Source: Escherichia coli (GTDB lineage Bacteria; Pseudomonadota; Gammaproteobacteria; Enterobacterales; Enterobacteriaceae). Taken from it: a stretch of 64,000 nucleotides of DNA. Within the stretch, counting starts at the first letter, position 1. Each line of letters opens with the position of its first letter. The stretch lies in the NCBI RefSeq assembly GCF_030384885.1, contig NZ_CP128613.1; one strand, written 5' to 3'. The translations under genes and the position numbers were made by a program. Below the pieces are notes generated by a model that was not told where the DNA came from, ran no database searches, and saw only the letters and a program-made list of their open reading frames with translations. This document shows positions 38,753 through 53,027 of this stretch, in pieces.

Positions 38753-39820
38753 TTAATTGGTTGCCGGATATTCCTGAATGGTGACCTGCAGCGTTAACTG
38801 CTTATCATCACGCATCACGACAACCGGGATCACCGAGCCAGGGCGAATTTCCGCCACCTGATCCATCGTCTCCAGAGCAGAGATGGCCGGTTTGTTATCC
38901 ACCGAAATAATCAAATCATTGACCTGTATACCCGCATTCGCCGCCGGGCCGTCAGGCGACACTTCATTAACTACGATACCTTGCAGTTGATCTATGCCAC
39001 CGCCCTGCGCATGCAGTGGTGCGATCTCACGTCCGCCGATACCAATGTAGCCGCGGATCACGCGACCATCGCGGATCAGCTTATCCATAATTTTGGTTGC
39101 TAACTGGAAAGGAATCGCAAAGCCGATGCCTTCCGGCGTTTCGCCATCGTTACTCTTATCAAACGACAGCGTGTTAATGCCCATCAGTTCGCCCAGCGAG
39201 TTCACCAGCGCGCCGCCAGAGTTACCGTGGTTAATGGAAGCATCGGTTTGCAGGAAGTTTTGCCGCCCGGTCGGGTTCAGACCAATTCGACCCGTGGCAC
39301 TAATAATCCCCTGGGTAATGGTCTGCCCGAGGTTGTACGGGTTACCGATCGCCAGTACCACGTCACCAATGTGCGGTACGCGACGTGCATTGATTGGAAT
39401 GGTAGGTAAACCGCCAGTGGCATTAATTTTAAGTACCGCCAGATCGGTTAGAGAGTCAGATCCCACCAGCAATGCTTCAAATACACGTCCATCTTGTAAG
39501 GCGACGATGATCTGATCGGCGTCGTTGATGACGTGTTTATTGGTGATGATATAACCGCGTTGATCCATGATTACACCGGATCCCAGGGTGCGGATCTCAA
39601 GCTGGTTGTGAGAGTTGGTGTTCAAACCACGGTTGTAAACGTTAACCACCGCTGGCGCGGCGCGGCGAACCGCCAGATTATAGCTGGCAGGCGTCTCATC
39701 GGTACTGTCAAATTGCGGAGTGGAAAGCGGGTTAAGGCTGCGCAGCGAAGGCATGGCAACCAGCAGAATAGCGCCGACAATTAATCCAATCGCAACGGAA
39801 CGTAAGAGCTTCACAAACAT
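38753..39820 (-). CDS. degS: periplasmic serine endoprotease DegS
   Basis: 355 aa; N-terminal TM anchor, trypsin-like domain (GNSGGAL) and one PDZ domain. Confidence 0.95.
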   Translation of the reverse strand: MFVKLLRSVAIGLIVGAILLVAMPSLRSLNPLSTPQFDSTDETPASYNLAVRRAAPAVVNVYNRGLNTNSHNQLEIRTLGSGVIMDQRGYIITNKHVINDADQIIVALQDGRVFEALLVGSDSLTDLAVLKINATGGLPTIPINARRVPHIGDVVLAIGNPYNLGQTITQGIISATGRIGLNPTGRQNFLQTDASINHGNSGGALVNSLGELMGINTLSFDKSNDGETPEGIGFAIPFQLATKIMDKLIRDGRVIRGYIGIGGREIAPLHAQGGGIDQLQGIVVNEVSPDGPAANAGIQVNDLIISVDNKPAISALETMDQVAEIRPGSVIPVVVMRDDKQLTLQVTIQEYPATN

Positions 39821-39909
39821 GATGGAGGCGTCATTAAAAAAGGGAACGGCAGCAGCATACCACGAGTTAACCGGACATCACACGTCAGCCTGATGCCCGG
39901 TTTACGACA

Positions 39910-41277
39910 TTAACGCATCAGCAAATAGATGCTTTCATTGCCGCGTACAATTTGCAGGGCGATGATGGCCGGTTTTGCCGCCAGCACTTTACGCATTTCA
40001 GCAATCGAGTTCACCCGATCGCGGTTGACGCCAATGATCACATCGTCTTTTTGCAAGCCTGCCTGAGCAGCTGGGCTTCCTTTGACAACCTCATCGATCT
40101 TAATACCTTTGCCGCCATCTTTTAGCTGACCATCGCTCAACGTTGCACCTTCAAGCGCTGGCGTGATCATTTCAGCGCTGGCCGACGAAGAGGTGCTGGT
40201 ATCGAGCGTCACTTCTACTTCCAGTGGTTTGCCGTTACGCAGCAGGCCAAGCTTCACTTTCGTGCCCGGCTCGGTGGTTGCGATACGAGAGCGCAACTCA
40301 GCAAAGCTATTCAGCGGTTTGCCGTTGAGGCTGGTAATAATATCGCCCGCTTTGATGCCCGCTTTTGCCGAGCCAGAACCTGGCAACACTTCGCTGACAA
40401 ACGCGCCACGCTGCACGTCAAGGTTGAAGGCTTTGGCGATATCGGCACTCATCTCGGTGCCTTTGATGCCTAACAGACCGCGTTTGATTTCACCAAAGTC
40501 GATAAGCTGCTGCGCAAGGGTACGCGCCATATTGCTGGGGATGGCAAATCCAATCCCGACGCTCCCACCGCCAGGCGCAAGGATTGCAGTGTTGATGCCA
40601 ATTAACTCACCGTTAAGGTTTAACAGTGCACCGCCGGAGTTACCGCGGTTAATGGAAGCATCTGTCTGGATAAAGTTTTCAAGACCTTCAAGATTCAACC
40701 CGCTGCGGCCTAATGCGGAAACAATGCCAGAGGTGGCGGTTTGCCCAAGGCCAAATGGGTTACCGACCGCCACGGCAAAATCACCGACGCGCAATTTATC
40801 GGAGTCGGCAATAGCGATTTGCGTTAATTTGCTCGGGTTTTGAATTTGCAACAGGGCGATATCGCTCTGGTCATCGCTACCAATCAGTTTTGCATCAAAC
40901 TCGCGCCCATCATTGAGCTGAATACTGATTTTCTGTGCCTGATTAATTACATGGTTGTTGGTCAGAACATAGCCTTTACTGGCGTTGATGATGACACCGG
41001 AGCCTAAACCTTCGAAAGGTTGTGCAGGTTGATCCGGTAAATCATCACCAAAAAACTTTTTGAATTCTTCCGGGATTTTCTGTCCCTGACTGGCCGTTCC
41101 TTCCACTCGTACGCTCACCACTGCCGGAAGCACTTTTTCCAGCATTGGAGCCAAACTGGGGAGGGGGGCCTGATCGGCAACCTGGCCTGGAATCGACGCG
41201 ACGGCCTGAAATGACGCCGAGAGAGTTAACCCGACACTTAACGCTAATGCACTCAACAGCTGGGTTTGTTTTTTCAT
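39910..41277 (-). CDS. degQ: periplasmic serine endoprotease DegQ
   Basis: ORF 39910..41319; start MKKQTQLLSALALSVGLTLSASFQAVA gives 455 aa; trypsin-like domain (GNSGGAL) and two PDZ domains. Confidence 0.95.
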   Translation of the reverse strand: MKKQTQLLSALALSVGLTLSASFQAVASIPGQVADQAPLPSLAPMLEKVLPAVVSVRVEGTASQGQKIPEEFKKFFGDDLPDQPAQPFEGLGSGVIINASKGYVLTNNHVINQAQKISIQLNDGREFDAKLIGSDDQSDIALLQIQNPSKLTQIAIADSDKLRVGDFAVAVGNPFGLGQTATSGIVSALGRSGLNLEGLENFIQTDASINRGNSGGALLNLNGELIGINTAILAPGGGSVGIGFAIPSNMARTLAQQLIDFGEIKRGLLGIKGTEMSADIAKAFNLDVQRGAFVSEVLPGSGSAKAGIKAGDIITSLNGKPLNSFAELRSRIATTEPGTKVKLGLLRNGKPLEVEVTLDTSTSSSASAEMITPALEGATLSDGQLKDGGKGIKIDEVVKGSPAAQAGLQKDDVIIGVNRDRVNSIAEMRKVLAAKPAIIALQIVRGNESIYLLMR

Positions 41278-41430
41278 TATTCCTGCTCTCGTACCTGAAT
41301 GATAAGAAAAGAGATTCAAAACAGTTTGATGTTATTGAATTTTCAGACGGCTAACAATGAGACACCAGATTAAATGATAGTCGGGGAGGGAAAGAAGAGG
41401 AGGGCGCAATGGCTGCGCCCGAAAAATAAA

Positions 41431-41829
41431 TTAGTCGCGCTTCGCGCCAGTACGCAGCAGGCCTGACGCGCCTTCAGAATAGTCGCGAGGCATCTGCACC
41501 GGTGCCTGATCGTTGCTGGCTTCAGACTCTGCCAGACGATTACGAAACGGGTTTGCTTCAGCAGACAGTTCCGGCAGCAGGCTGCTGGAGCTTTTCGCCA
41601 TGTGTTGATACAGCTGGCGATAGTCGTGCGCCATGGTATCCAGTAATTCCGCGCTGCGGGCAAAGTGGCTAACCAGCTCTTCGCGATACTCGTCCAGTTC
41701 AGCTTTATTCTTTTCCAGTTCGTACTGCAACGCCTGTTGCTGGCGTAGTTTACGATTACCAAAACGCATGGCCACAGCACCAATAATGATGCCGACGACT
41801 AACCCAATTAGCGCATATTCCCAGGTCAT
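41431..41829 (-). CDS. yhcB: cell-division associated inner-membrane protein YhcB/ZapG
   Basis: ORF 41431..41835; start MTWEYALIGLVVGIIIGAVAM gives 132 aa. Confidence 0.85.
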   Translation of the reverse strand: MTWEYALIGLVVGIIIGAVAMRFGNRKLRQQQALQYELEKNKAELDEYREELVSHFARSAELLDTMAHDYRQLYQHMAKSSSSLLPELSAEANPFRNRLAESEASNDQAPVQMPRDYSEGASGLLRTGAKRD

Positions 41830-42022
41830 GAACATCTCCCGTTGTCTTTTGTTTCCGTAGGGTGTTGGCTTCAGGCTCCATGCCTGCGGCTGATTATGCC
41901 ACTATAACCGTTAATTCCACAGAAGTGGAATCCCGACTGCATATCGCGTAGTGTAGAACGGCCTTTTTTTCGTCAACCGTGAACAACGGCGCACCGATTA
42001 TTCAAGGAATAACAATAAGATC

Positions 42023-43150
42023 ATGCAAAGCGTTACCCCAACATCGCAATACCTGAAGGCGCTCAATGAAGGCAGCCATCAACCCGACGACGTTCAAAAA
42101 GAGGCCGTCAGCCGCCTGGAAATTATTTATCAGGAACTCATCAATAGTACGCCTCCAGCCCCCAGGACGAGTGGGCTAATGGCGCGGGTCGGTAAGCTGT
42201 GGGGTAAACGCGAAGACACACAGCATACGCCAGTGCGTGGCTTATATATGTGGGGCGGGGTAGGACGCGGAAAAACCTGGCTGATGGACCTTTTCTATCA
42301 AAGCCTGCCGGGAGAGCGGAAACAGCGTCTGCACTTTCACCGTTTTATGCTGCGGGTACATGAAGAGCTAACTGCTTTGCAGGGGCAGACCGATCCGCTG
42401 GAAATTATTGCCGATCGCTTTAAAGCAGAAACTGACGTGCTCTGTTTTGACGAATTTTTTGTTTCTGATATTACCGATGCCATGCTACTTGGCGGCCTGA
42501 TGAAAGCCCTGTTCGCCCGCGGTATTACCCTGGTAGCGACGTCAAATATTCCGCCGGACGAACTTTATCGAAATGGCCTGCAACGTGCGCGTTTTTTGCC
42601 TGCAATCGATGCCATTAAACAGCATTGTGATGTAATGAACGTGGACGCCGGTGTTGATTATCGACTGCGTACGCTCACTCAGGCGCACCTGTGGCTTTCG
42701 CCACTCAACGATGAAACCCGGGCGCAAATGGATAAACTGTGGTTGGCGTTGGCGGGGGTGAAACGAGAAAATTCACCGACGTTAGAAATCAACCATCGGC
42801 CGTTGGCGACAATGGGGGTCGAGAACCAGACGTTGGCGGTCTCTTTTACTACGCTGTGCGTCGACGCCCGTAGTCAGCATGACTATATTGCGCTCTCACG
42901 CCTCTTTCACACGGTCATGTTGTTTGATGTACCAGTTATGACGCGGTTGATGGAGAGCGAAGCGCGGCGCTTTATTGCGCTGGTGGATGAGTTTTACGAG
43001 CGCCATGTCAAATTAGTGGTGAGTGCAGAAGTGCCGCTGTATGAAATTTATCAGGGCGATCGGCTGAAGTTTGAGTTCCAGCGTTGCCTGTCACGTCTGC
43101 AAGAGATGCAAAGCGAAGAGTATCTGAAGCGCGAGCATTTAGCGGGTTAA
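42023..43150 (+). CDS. zapE: cell division ATPase ZapE (AFG1-like)
   Basis: 375 aa; Walker A GGVGRGKT. Confidence 0.9.
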   Translation: MQSVTPTSQYLKALNEGSHQPDDVQKEAVSRLEIIYQELINSTPPAPRTSGLMARVGKLWGKREDTQHTPVRGLYMWGGVGRGKTWLMDLFYQSLPGERKQRLHFHRFMLRVHEELTALQGQTDPLEIIADRFKAETDVLCFDEFFVSDITDAMLLGGLMKALFARGITLVATSNIPPDELYRNGLQRARFLPAIDAIKQHCDVMNVDAGVDYRLRTLTQAHLWLSPLNDETRAQMDKLWLALAGVKRENSPTLEINHRPLATMGVENQTLAVSFTTLCVDARSQHDYIALSRLFHTVMLFDVPVMTRLMESEARRFIALVDEFYERHVKLVVSAEVPLYEIYQGDRLKFEFQRCLSRLQEMQSEEYLKREHLAG

Positions 43151-43281
43151 AACCTGCCACAAATCACAAAAAGGGGTCGATCTTTGACCCCGACTTCTCT
43201 ATAATCCTGCGACCCCACGTTACAAGAAAGTTTTTTTCCCAAAACTTTTTGTGTGCTGGCATAGGCTATTCGAAGGGGTAG

Positions 43282-43797
<516 letters not shown>

Positions 43798-43809
43798 TCG
43801 GGATTATAG

Positions 43810-44205
<396 letters not shown>

Positions 44206-44237
44206 TTGGCTTCTGCTCCGGCAGAAAACAATTTGCG

Positions 44238-44267
44238 AAAAAAACCCGCTTCGGCGGGTTTTTTTAT
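44238..44267 (+). terminator. Rho-independent terminator of the rplM-rpsI operon
   Basis: aaaaaaacccgcttcggcgggtttttttat. Confidence 0.75.
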
Positions 44268-44599
44268 GGCTAAAATCTGAATCAGCGTAAAAAAAGGAAT
44301 GTTGATTTTTGCTGTCGCCTGACAGACAGGAAAACAAAAACCACATCGCCGATAAGGGACTAAGTCAACCATTTCAGACTAAAGCGCATCTCTTTTTCCC
44401 CATTTCCGGCATCGACTCACCACAAAGGTCGCAAAATCTGGTAAACTATCATCCAATTTTCTGCCCAAATGTCGGGTATTGCTCATTTTTTGTTTGATTT
44501 TCGAACAAAGAGAGTCGTTCCTTACTGGGTAACACAACTTCTGACTGGCCACCTGGTGGCTGGTAGCAGTAAAAATTCTGACTATACCTGGAGGTTTTC

Positions 44600-45238
44600 A
44601 TGGCTGTCGCTGCCAACAAACGTTCGGTAATGACGCTGTTTTCCGGTCCTACTGACATCTATAGCCATCAGGTCCGCATTGTGCTGGCTGAGAAAGGTGT
44701 AAGTTTCGAGATCGAACACGTGGAAAAGGACAATCCGCCTCAGGATCTGATTGACCTCAACCCGAATCAGAGCGTTCCGACCCTGGTGGATCGTGAGCTG
44801 ACCCTGTGGGAATCTCGCATCATTATGGAATATCTGGATGAGCGTTTCCCGCATCCGCCACTGATGCCTGTTTACCCGGTAGCTCGCGGTGAAAGCCGTC
44901 TGTACATGCATCGCATCGAAAAAGACTGGTACACGCTGATGAACACCATCATCAACGGTTCAGCTTCTGAAGCAGATGCCGCACGTAAGCAACTGCGCGA
45001 AGAACTGCTGGCGATTGCGCCGGTCTTCGGTCAGAAGCCGTACTTCCTGAGCGATGAGTTCAGCCTGGTCGATTGCTACCTTGCTCCGCTGCTGTGGCGT
45101 CTGCCGCAACTGGGCATCGAATTCAGCGGTCCGGGTGCGAAAGAGCTGAAAGGCTATATGACCCGCGTCTTTGAACGTGACTCTTTCCTTGCTTCTTTAA
45201 CTGAAGCAGAACGTGAAATGCGTCTGGGCCGGAGTTAA
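44600..45238 (+). CDS. sspA: stringent starvation protein A
   Basis: 212 aa GST-fold protein (MAVAANKRSVMTLFSGPTDIYSHQVRIVLAEKG...). Confidence 0.96.
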   Translation: MAVAANKRSVMTLFSGPTDIYSHQVRIVLAEKGVSFEIEHVEKDNPPQDLIDLNPNQSVPTLVDRELTLWESRIIMEYLDERFPHPPLMPVYPVARGESRLYMHRIEKDWYTLMNTIINGSASEADAARKQLREELLAIAPVFGQKPYFLSDEFSLVDCYLAPLLWRLPQLGIEFSGPGAKELKGYMTRVFERDSFLASLTEAEREMRLGRS

Positions 45239-45243
45239 TCTGT

Positions 45244-45741
45244 ATGGATTTGTCACAGCTAACACCACGTCGTCCCTATCTGCTGCGTGCATTCTATGAG
45301 TGGTTGCTGGATAACCAGCTCACGCCGCACCTGGTGGTGGATGTGACGCTCCCTGGCGTGCAGGTTCCTATGGAATATGCGCGTGACGGGCAAATCGTAC
45401 TCAACATTGCGCCGCGTGCTGTCGGCAATCTGGAACTGGCGAATGATGAGGTGCGCTTTAACGCGCGCTTTGGTGGCATTCCGCGTCAGGTTTCTGTGCC
45501 GCTGGCTGCCGTGCTGGCTATCTACGCCCGTGAAAATGGCGCAGGCACGATGTTTGAGCCTGAAGCTGCCTACGATGAAGATGCCAGCATCATGAATGAT
45601 GAAGAGGCATCGGCAGACAACGAAACCGTTATGTCGGTTATCGATGGTGACAAGCCAGATCACGATGATGAAACGCATCCTGACGATGAACCTCCGCAGC
45701 CACCACGCGGTGGTCGGCCGGCATTACGCGTTGTGAAGTAA
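45244..45741 (+). CDS. sspB: ClpXP adaptor protein SspB
   Basis: 165 aa (MDLSQLTPRRPYLLRAFYEWLLDNQLTPHLVV...) with a C-terminal RGGRPALRVVK tail. Confidence 0.96.
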   Translation: MDLSQLTPRRPYLLRAFYEWLLDNQLTPHLVVDVTLPGVQVPMEYARDGQIVLNIAPRAVGNLELANDEVRFNARFGGIPRQVSVPLAAVLAIYARENGAGTMFEPEAAYDEDASIMNDEEASADNETVMSVIDGDKPDHDDETHPDDEPPQPPRGGRPALRVVK

Positions 45742-45743
45742 AA

Positions 45744-45771
45744 TGAAAACAGGCCCTGGCGGCCTGTTTTG
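45744..45771. terminator. bidirectional terminator between sspB and dcuD
   Basis: aaaacaggccctggcggcctgttttgtc hairpin between convergent genes. Confidence 0.6.
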
Positions 45772-45784
45772 TCTTCTTTATCGC

Positions 45785-47152
45785 TTAATAAAATAGCGTG
45801 ATTGTGGCAATCATATTCACCACGAAACCGACTGCCATGGGGATCGCTGTCCGCTTCACCACTGCAAAAGGCGAAACACCTGCAATTCCTGATGTAACGA
45901 CCACCACCGCAGTAATTGGCGAAACCGCGCGCGCCAGCGTCGTGGCAAAATGCATCGGCATAATCATTACCACCGCTGGTACATGTAGTCCGGCTGCGAT
46001 ATTCGGAATAAGACTGGCAAATGACATAAACGGCGCATTGCCTGAGCCCATCACAATGGCACAAATGGCAATGACCAGTGCCATAATAATCATCACGCCA
46101 ATACCGCCCAGACCAGAATGCTCTGCGCCCCTGATAACCGCATCGACAGTGCCAATTGTCGTTAAGCCCTTCGCAAATATTTCACCCGCGACCACCAGCG
46201 TTACCACGTTGGCAAACTGCGTACCCATGCCGTCAAAAAACGCCTGCACATCGTCCATTGTTTCGCGCAAATTATGCTTGCGGAAAAACTCAACAAACAT
46301 CGTCACCGTCAAACTCAGTAACATCACCACCACCAGATGCAGTTCTGACTGCATCAGTCCAGCGTGGGCGAGGAACAGCGAGCCGAGCATCAGGATTAAC
46401 GGCATCACCGGTAAAATGGCGTAATAGAGCGGCGGGACATTATCGAGAGCTTTTTGCTCCGCCTGTTCGTGATTGATATTTTTATCTTTTTTGTCAAAAG
46501 CGCGTTGCACGAAAAAGTGAGAGATCGCTACCGAGATAATGACGCAAGAGGCGACCGGAAGCTGGTAGTGGAAGAAGTAAGTGGCGATTTTCATTCCTGC
46601 CACCTGAGCCGCAAAAATAGAGTTCGTTTCCAGAATCCCCCACTCAATGGACATCGTGGTTGCGATAACTGCCACCGCAGAGAGGCGACTTACTCCCAGA
46701 CTCACTAGTGTTGGAAATAAGGTGACCATCAGCAACATACCCAGACCGGAGGCGCTGGTAATAAACTGCGCCATGATTTGGCCGATAACGTAAGTCGCCG
46801 ACAGAATAAGATACGGCGAGCGAATGAGTTTTAACGGGCGGCTTAACAAGCTCACCATCGCCCGACTGGCTCCTATGCGCTCCATGTAGCGGGCATACCC
46901 GCCCACCGCCATAATCGACAGCCCCAATCCGGCAATGCGGTTGGACAGCATGCGCAGGATTTCATTATAAATATCGACGATCAAGTAGCCGCTGCTTTTG
47001 GCGGGATCGAGTACACCACCGAACCCTAACCAGACACCGCACATCATCAGGAAGATACCTGCGGCAGCCAGCACCACCTGAGGTTTGTAGTTTTTCAGGA
47101 TCAAATAGCCCATCGTCATTAATACGATGACAGATATAATTATGCCGAACAT
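45785..47152 (-). CDS. dcuD: DcuC-family anaerobic C4-dicarboxylate transporter homolog
   Basis: ORF 45785..47170; start [23 protein letters not shown] gives 455 aa; polytopic membrane protein between sspB and nanR. Confidence 0.85.
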   Translation of the reverse strand: MFGIIISVIVLMTMGYLILKNYKPQVVLAAAGIFLMMCGVWLGFGGVLDPAKSSGYLIVDIYNEILRMLSNRIAGLGLSIMAVGGYARYMERIGASRAMVSLLSRPLKLIRSPYLILSATYVIGQIMAQFITSASGLGMLLMVTLFPTLVSLGVSRLSAVAVIATTMSIEWGILETNSIFAAQVAGMKIATYFFHYQLPVASCVIISVAISHFFVQRAFDKKDKNINHEQAEQKALDNVPPLYYAILPVMPLILMLGSLFLAHAGLMQSELHLVVVMLLSLTVTMFVEFFRKHNLRETMDDVQAFFDGMGTQFANVVTLVVAGEIFAKGLTTIGTVDAVIRGAEHSGLGGIGVMIIMALVIAICAIVMGSGNAPFMSFASLIPNIAAGLHVPAVVMIMPMHFATTLARAVSPITAVVVVTSGIAGVSPFAVVKRTAIPMAVGFVVNMIATITLFY

Positions 47153-47531
47153 TGTTGAACTCCGTGTCAAAAGAAAACGGTCAATCCCATAAACGGCAGA
47201 TTGAAAACAATGATGTTATATTTTTTGCAAGGCTATTTATGGTGCGGATGTCGTGTTTTTAATTGTGGATGAGGTGATTTTTCATTAAAAAATATGCGCT
47301 TATGATTATTTTGTAAGAACACATTCATAATATTCATAATACTTGTTAATAGTCTTATGAATAATTCAATCGTGATGTTTTTATCTGCGTTACATTAATT
47401 TTTCGCAATAGTTAATTATTACGTTAATTATGATAATAATGAGACACAAAGAGAAAAAACCGCCATTTCCCCCTACTTTCAATCCTGTGATAGGATGTCA
47501 CTGATGATGTTAATCACACTGACCTTACAGA

Positions 47532-48323
47532 ATGGGCCTTATGAACGCATTTGATTCGCAAACCGAAGATTCTTCACCTGCAATTGGTCGCAACTTGCGC
47601 AGCCGCCCGCTGGCGCGTAAAAAACTCTCCGAAATGGTGGAAGAAGAGCTGGAACAGATGATCCGCCGTCGTGAATTTGGCGAAGGTGAACAATTACCGT
47701 CTGAACGCGAACTGATGGCGTTCTTTAACGTCGGGCGTCCTTCGGTGCGTGAAGCGCTGGCAGCGTTAAAACGTAAAGGTCTGGTGCAAATAAACAACGG
47801 CGAACGCGCTCGCGTCTCACGTCCTTCTGCGGACACCATCATCGGGGAGCTTTCCGGCATGGCGAAAGATTTCCTTTCTCATCCTGGCGGAATTGCCCAT
47901 TTCGAACAATTACGTCTGTTCTTTGAATCCAGCCTGGTGCGCTATGCGGCTGAACATGCCACCGATGAGCAAATTGATTTGCTGGCAAAAGCACTGGAAA
48001 TCAACAGTCAATCGCTGGATAACAACGCGGCATTCATTCGTTCAGACGTTGATTTCCACCGCGTGCTGGCGGAGATCCCCGGCAATCCGATCTTCATGGC
48101 GATCCACGTTGCCCTGCTCGATTGGCTGATCGCCGCACGCCCAACCGTAGCTGATCAGGCTCTGCACGAGCATAACAACGTTAGCTATCAACAGCATATT
48201 GCGATCGTTGATGCGATCCGCCGCCACGATCCCGATGAAGCCGATCGCGCGTTGCAATCGCATCTCAACAGCGTCTCTGCTACCTGGCACGCCTTCGGTC
48301 AGACCACCAACAAAAAGAAATAA
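47532..48323 (+). CDS. nanR: sialic acid operon repressor NanR (GntR/FadR family)
   Basis: 263 aa with a GntR-type HTH ([26 protein letters not shown]). Confidence 0.95.
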   Translation: MGLMNAFDSQTEDSSPAIGRNLRSRPLARKKLSEMVEEELEQMIRRREFGEGEQLPSERELMAFFNVGRPSVREALAALKRKGLVQINNGERARVSRPSADTIIGELSGMAKDFLSHPGGIAHFEQLRLFFESSLVRYAAEHATDEQIDLLAKALEINSQSLDNNAAFIRSDVDFHRVLAEIPGNPIFMAIHVALLDWLIAARPTVADQALHEHNNVSYQQHIAIVDAIRRHDPDEADRALQSHLNSVSATWHAFGQTTNKKK

Positions 48324-48386
48324 TGCCACTTTAGTGAAGCAGATCGCATTATAAGCTTTCTGTATGGGGTGTTGCTTAATTGATCT

Positions 48387-48409
48387 GGTATAACAGGTAT
48401 AAAGGTATG
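48387..48409 (+). promoter_or_regulatory. NanR operator (three GGTATA repeats) in the nanA promoter
   Basis: ggtataacaggtataaaggtatg immediately upstream of nanA; the GGTATA-repeat operator is established for NanR. Confidence 0.7.
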
Positions 48410-48444
48410 TCGTTTATCAGACAAGCATCACTTCAGAGGTATTT

Positions 48445-49338
48445 ATGGCAACGAATTTACGTGGCGTAATGGCCGCACTCCTGACTCCTTTTGATCAACA
48501 ACAAGCACTGGATAAAGCGAGTCTGCGTCGCCTGGTTCAGTTCAATATTCAGCAGGGCATTGACGGCTTATATGTCGGGGGGTCGACCGGTGAAGCCTTT
48601 GTACAAAGCCTTTCCGAGCGTGAACAGGTACTGGAAATCGTCGCCGAAGAGGCGAAAGGCAAGATTAAACTCATCGCTCATGTAGGTTGCGTCAGCACTG
48701 CTGAAAGCCAACAGCTTGCGTCTTCAGCCAAACGTTATGGCTTCGATGCCGTCTCCGCCGTCACGCCGTTCTACTACCCTTTCAGCTTTGAAGAACACTG
48801 CGATCACTATCGGGCAATTATTGATTCGGCGGATGGGTTGCCGATGGTGGTGTACAACATTCCGGCGTTAAGCGGCGTTAAACTGACCCTGGATCAGATT
48901 AACACTCTGGTTACGTTGCCTGGTGTCGGCGCGCTGAAACAGACCTCTGGCGATCTCTATCAGATGGAGCAGATCCGTCGTGAACATCCGGATCTGGTGC
49001 TCTATAACGGTTACGACGAAATCTTTGCTTCTGGTTTGTTGGCGGGCGCTGATGGTGGTATCGGCAGTACTTACAACATCATGGGCTGGCGTTATCAGGG
49101 TATCGTGAAGGCGCTGAAAGAAGGCGATATCCAGACCGCGCAGAAGCTGCAAACCGAATGTAATAAAGTCATTGATTTGCTGATCAAAACGGGCGTATTC
49201 CGCGGCCTGAAAACGGTCCTGCATTATATGGATGTCGTTTCTGTGCCGCTGTGCCGCAAACCGTTTGGTCCGGTAGATGAAAAATATCTGCCAGAACTGA
49301 AAGCGCTGGCCCAGCAGTTGATGCAAGAGCGCGGGTGA
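48445..49338 (+). CDS. nanA: N-acetylneuraminate lyase
   Basis: 297 aa DHDPS-fold protein ([34 protein letters not shown]...). Confidence 0.96.
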   Translation: MATNLRGVMAALLTPFDQQQALDKASLRRLVQFNIQQGIDGLYVGGSTGEAFVQSLSEREQVLEIVAEEAKGKIKLIAHVGCVSTAESQQLASSAKRYGFDAVSAVTPFYYPFSFEEHCDHYRAIIDSADGLPMVVYNIPALSGVKLTLDQINTLVTLPGVGALKQTSGDLYQMEQIRREHPDLVLYNGYDEIFASGLLAGADGGIGSTYNIMGWRYQGIVKALKEGDIQTAQKLQTECNKVIDLLIKTGVFRGLKTVLHYMDVVSVPLCRKPFGPVDEKYLPELKALAQQLMQERG

Positions 49339-49446
49339 GTTGTTTCCCCTCGCTCGCCCCTACCGGGTGAGGGGAAATAAACGCATCTGTACCCTACAAT
49401 TTTTATACCAAAGCGTGTGGGCATCGCCCACCGCGGGAGACTCACA

Positions 49447-50937
49447 ATGAGTACTACAACCCAGAATATCCCGTGGTATCGCCATCTCAACCGCGCACAA
49501 TGGCGGGCATTTTCCGCTGCCTGGTTGGGATATCTGCTTGACGGTTTTGATTTCGTTTTAATCGCCCTGGTACTCACCGAAGTACAAGGTGAATTCGGGC
49601 TGACGACGGTACAGGCAGCAAGCCTGATCTCCGCAGCCTTTATCTCTCGCTGGTTCGGCGGCCTGATGCTCGGCGCTATGGGTGACCGCTACGGACGTCG
49701 TCTGGCAATGGTCACCAGCATCGTTCTCTTCTCGGTCGGGACGCTGGCCTGCGGTTTTGCGCCAGGCTACATCACCATGTTTATCGCTCGTCTGGTCATC
49801 GGCATGGGGATGGCGGGTGAATACGGTTCCAGCGCCACCTATGTCATTGAAAGCTGGCCAAAGCATCTGCGTAACAAAGCCAGTGGTTTTCTGATTTCAG
49901 GCTTCTCGGTGGGTGCCGTCGTTGCCGCTCAGGTCTATAGCCTGGTGGTTCCGGTCTGGGGCTGGCGTGCGCTGTTCTTTATCGGCATTTTGCCAATCAT
50001 CTTTGCTCTCTGGCTGCGTAAAAACATCCCGGAAGCGGAAGACTGGAAAGAGAAACACGCAGGTAAAGCACCAGTACGCACAATGGTGGATATTCTCTAC
50101 CGTGGTGAACATCGTATCGCCAATATCGTGATGACACTGGCGGCGGCCACTGCGCTGTGGTTCTGCTTCGCTGGTAACCTGCAAAATGCCGCAATCGTCG
50201 CTGTTCTCGGGCTGTTATGTGCCGCAATCTTTATCAGCTTTATGGTTCAGAGTACGGGCAAACGCTGGCCAACGGGCGTAATGCTGATGGTGGTCGTGTT
50301 GTTTGCTTTCCTCTACTCATGGCCGATTCAGGCGCTGCTGCCAACGTATCTTAAAACTGAACTTGCTTATAACCCGCATACTGTCGCCAATGTGCTGTTC
50401 TTTAGTGGCTTTGGTGCGGCGGTGGGGTGCTGCGTCGGTGGCTTCCTCGGTGACTGGCTGGGAACCCGCAAAGCGTACGTTTGTAGTCTGCTGGCCTCGC
50501 AGCTGCTGATTATTCCGGTATTTGCGATTGGCGGCGCAAACGTCTGGGTGCTCGGTCTGTTACTGTTCTTCCAGCAAATGCTTGGTCAGGGCATCTCCGG
50601 GATTTTACCGAAACTGATCGGCGGTTATTTCGATACCGACCAGCGTGCGGCGGGGCTGGGCTTTACCTACAACGTTGGCGCATTGGGTGGTGCACTGGCC
50701 CCAATCCTCGGCGCGTTGATCGCTCAACGTCTGGATCTGGGCACTGCCCTGGGATCGCTTTCGTTCAGTCTTACATTTGTGGTGATCCTGCTGATTGGGC
50801 TGGATATGCCTTCTCGTGTTCAGCGTTGGCTGCGCCCGGAAGCACTGCGTACTCATGACGCTATCGATGGCAAACCATTTAGCGGTGCCGTGCCGTTTGG
50901 CAGCGCCAAAAACGATTTAGTCAAAACCAAAAGTTAA
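49447..50937 (+). CDS. nanT: sialic acid MFS transporter NanT
   Basis: ORF 49417..50937; start [19 protein letters not shown] gives 496 aa. Confidence 0.92.
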
Positions 50938-50984
50938 TCCTGTTGCCCGGTCTCTGTACCGGGCCTTTCGCTAAGGGAAGATGT

Positions 50985-51670
50985 ATGTCGTTACTTGCAC
51001 AACTGGATCAAAAAATCGCTGCTAACGGTGGCCTGATTGTCTCCTGCCAGCCGGTTCCGGACAGCCCGCTCGATAAACCCGAAATCGTCGCCGCCATGGC
51101 ATTAGCGGCAGAGCAGGCGGGCGCGGTTGCCATTCGCATTGAAGGTGTGGCAAATCTGCAAGCCACGCGTGCGGTGGTGAGCGTGCCAATTATCGGGATT
51201 GTGAAACGCGATCTGGAGGATTCTCCGGTACGCATCACGGCCTATATTGAAGATGTTGATGCGCTGGCGCAGGCGGGTGCGGACATTATCGCCATTGACG
51301 GCACCGACCGCCCGCGTCCGGTGCCTGTTGAAACGTTGCTGGCACGTATTCACCATCACGGTTTACTGGCGATGACCGACTGTTCCACGCCGGAAGACGG
51401 CCTGGCATGCCAAAAGCTGGGAGCCGAAATTATTGGCACTACGCTTTCTGGCTATACCACGCCTGAAACGCCAGAAGAGCCGGATCTGGCGCTGGTGAAA
51501 ACGTTGAGCGACGCCGGATGTCGAGTGATTGCCGAAGGGCGTTACAACACGCCTGCTCAGGCGGCAGATGCGATGCGCCACGGCGCGTGGGCGGTGACGG
51601 TCGGTTCTGCCATTACGCGTCTTGAACACATTTGTCAGTGGTACAACACAGCGATGAAAAAGGCGGTGCT

Positions 51671-51674
<4 letters not shown>
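50985..51674 (+). CDS. nanE: N-acetylmannosamine-6-phosphate 2-epimerase
   Basis: ORF 50943..51674; start [23 protein letters not shown] gives 229 aa. Confidence 0.92.
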
Positions 51675-53007
<1,333 letters not shown>

Positions 53008-53027
53008 AACTTAGTTCGTTTTAAAGA

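Noticed and set aside
43170-43215. Sigma-70 promoter call for rplM (TTGACC ... TATAAT)
   Set aside because: Both hexamers are present (tctttgaccccgacttctctataat), but the spacing I count is far shorter than the canonical 17 bp, so I did not report it as a feature.
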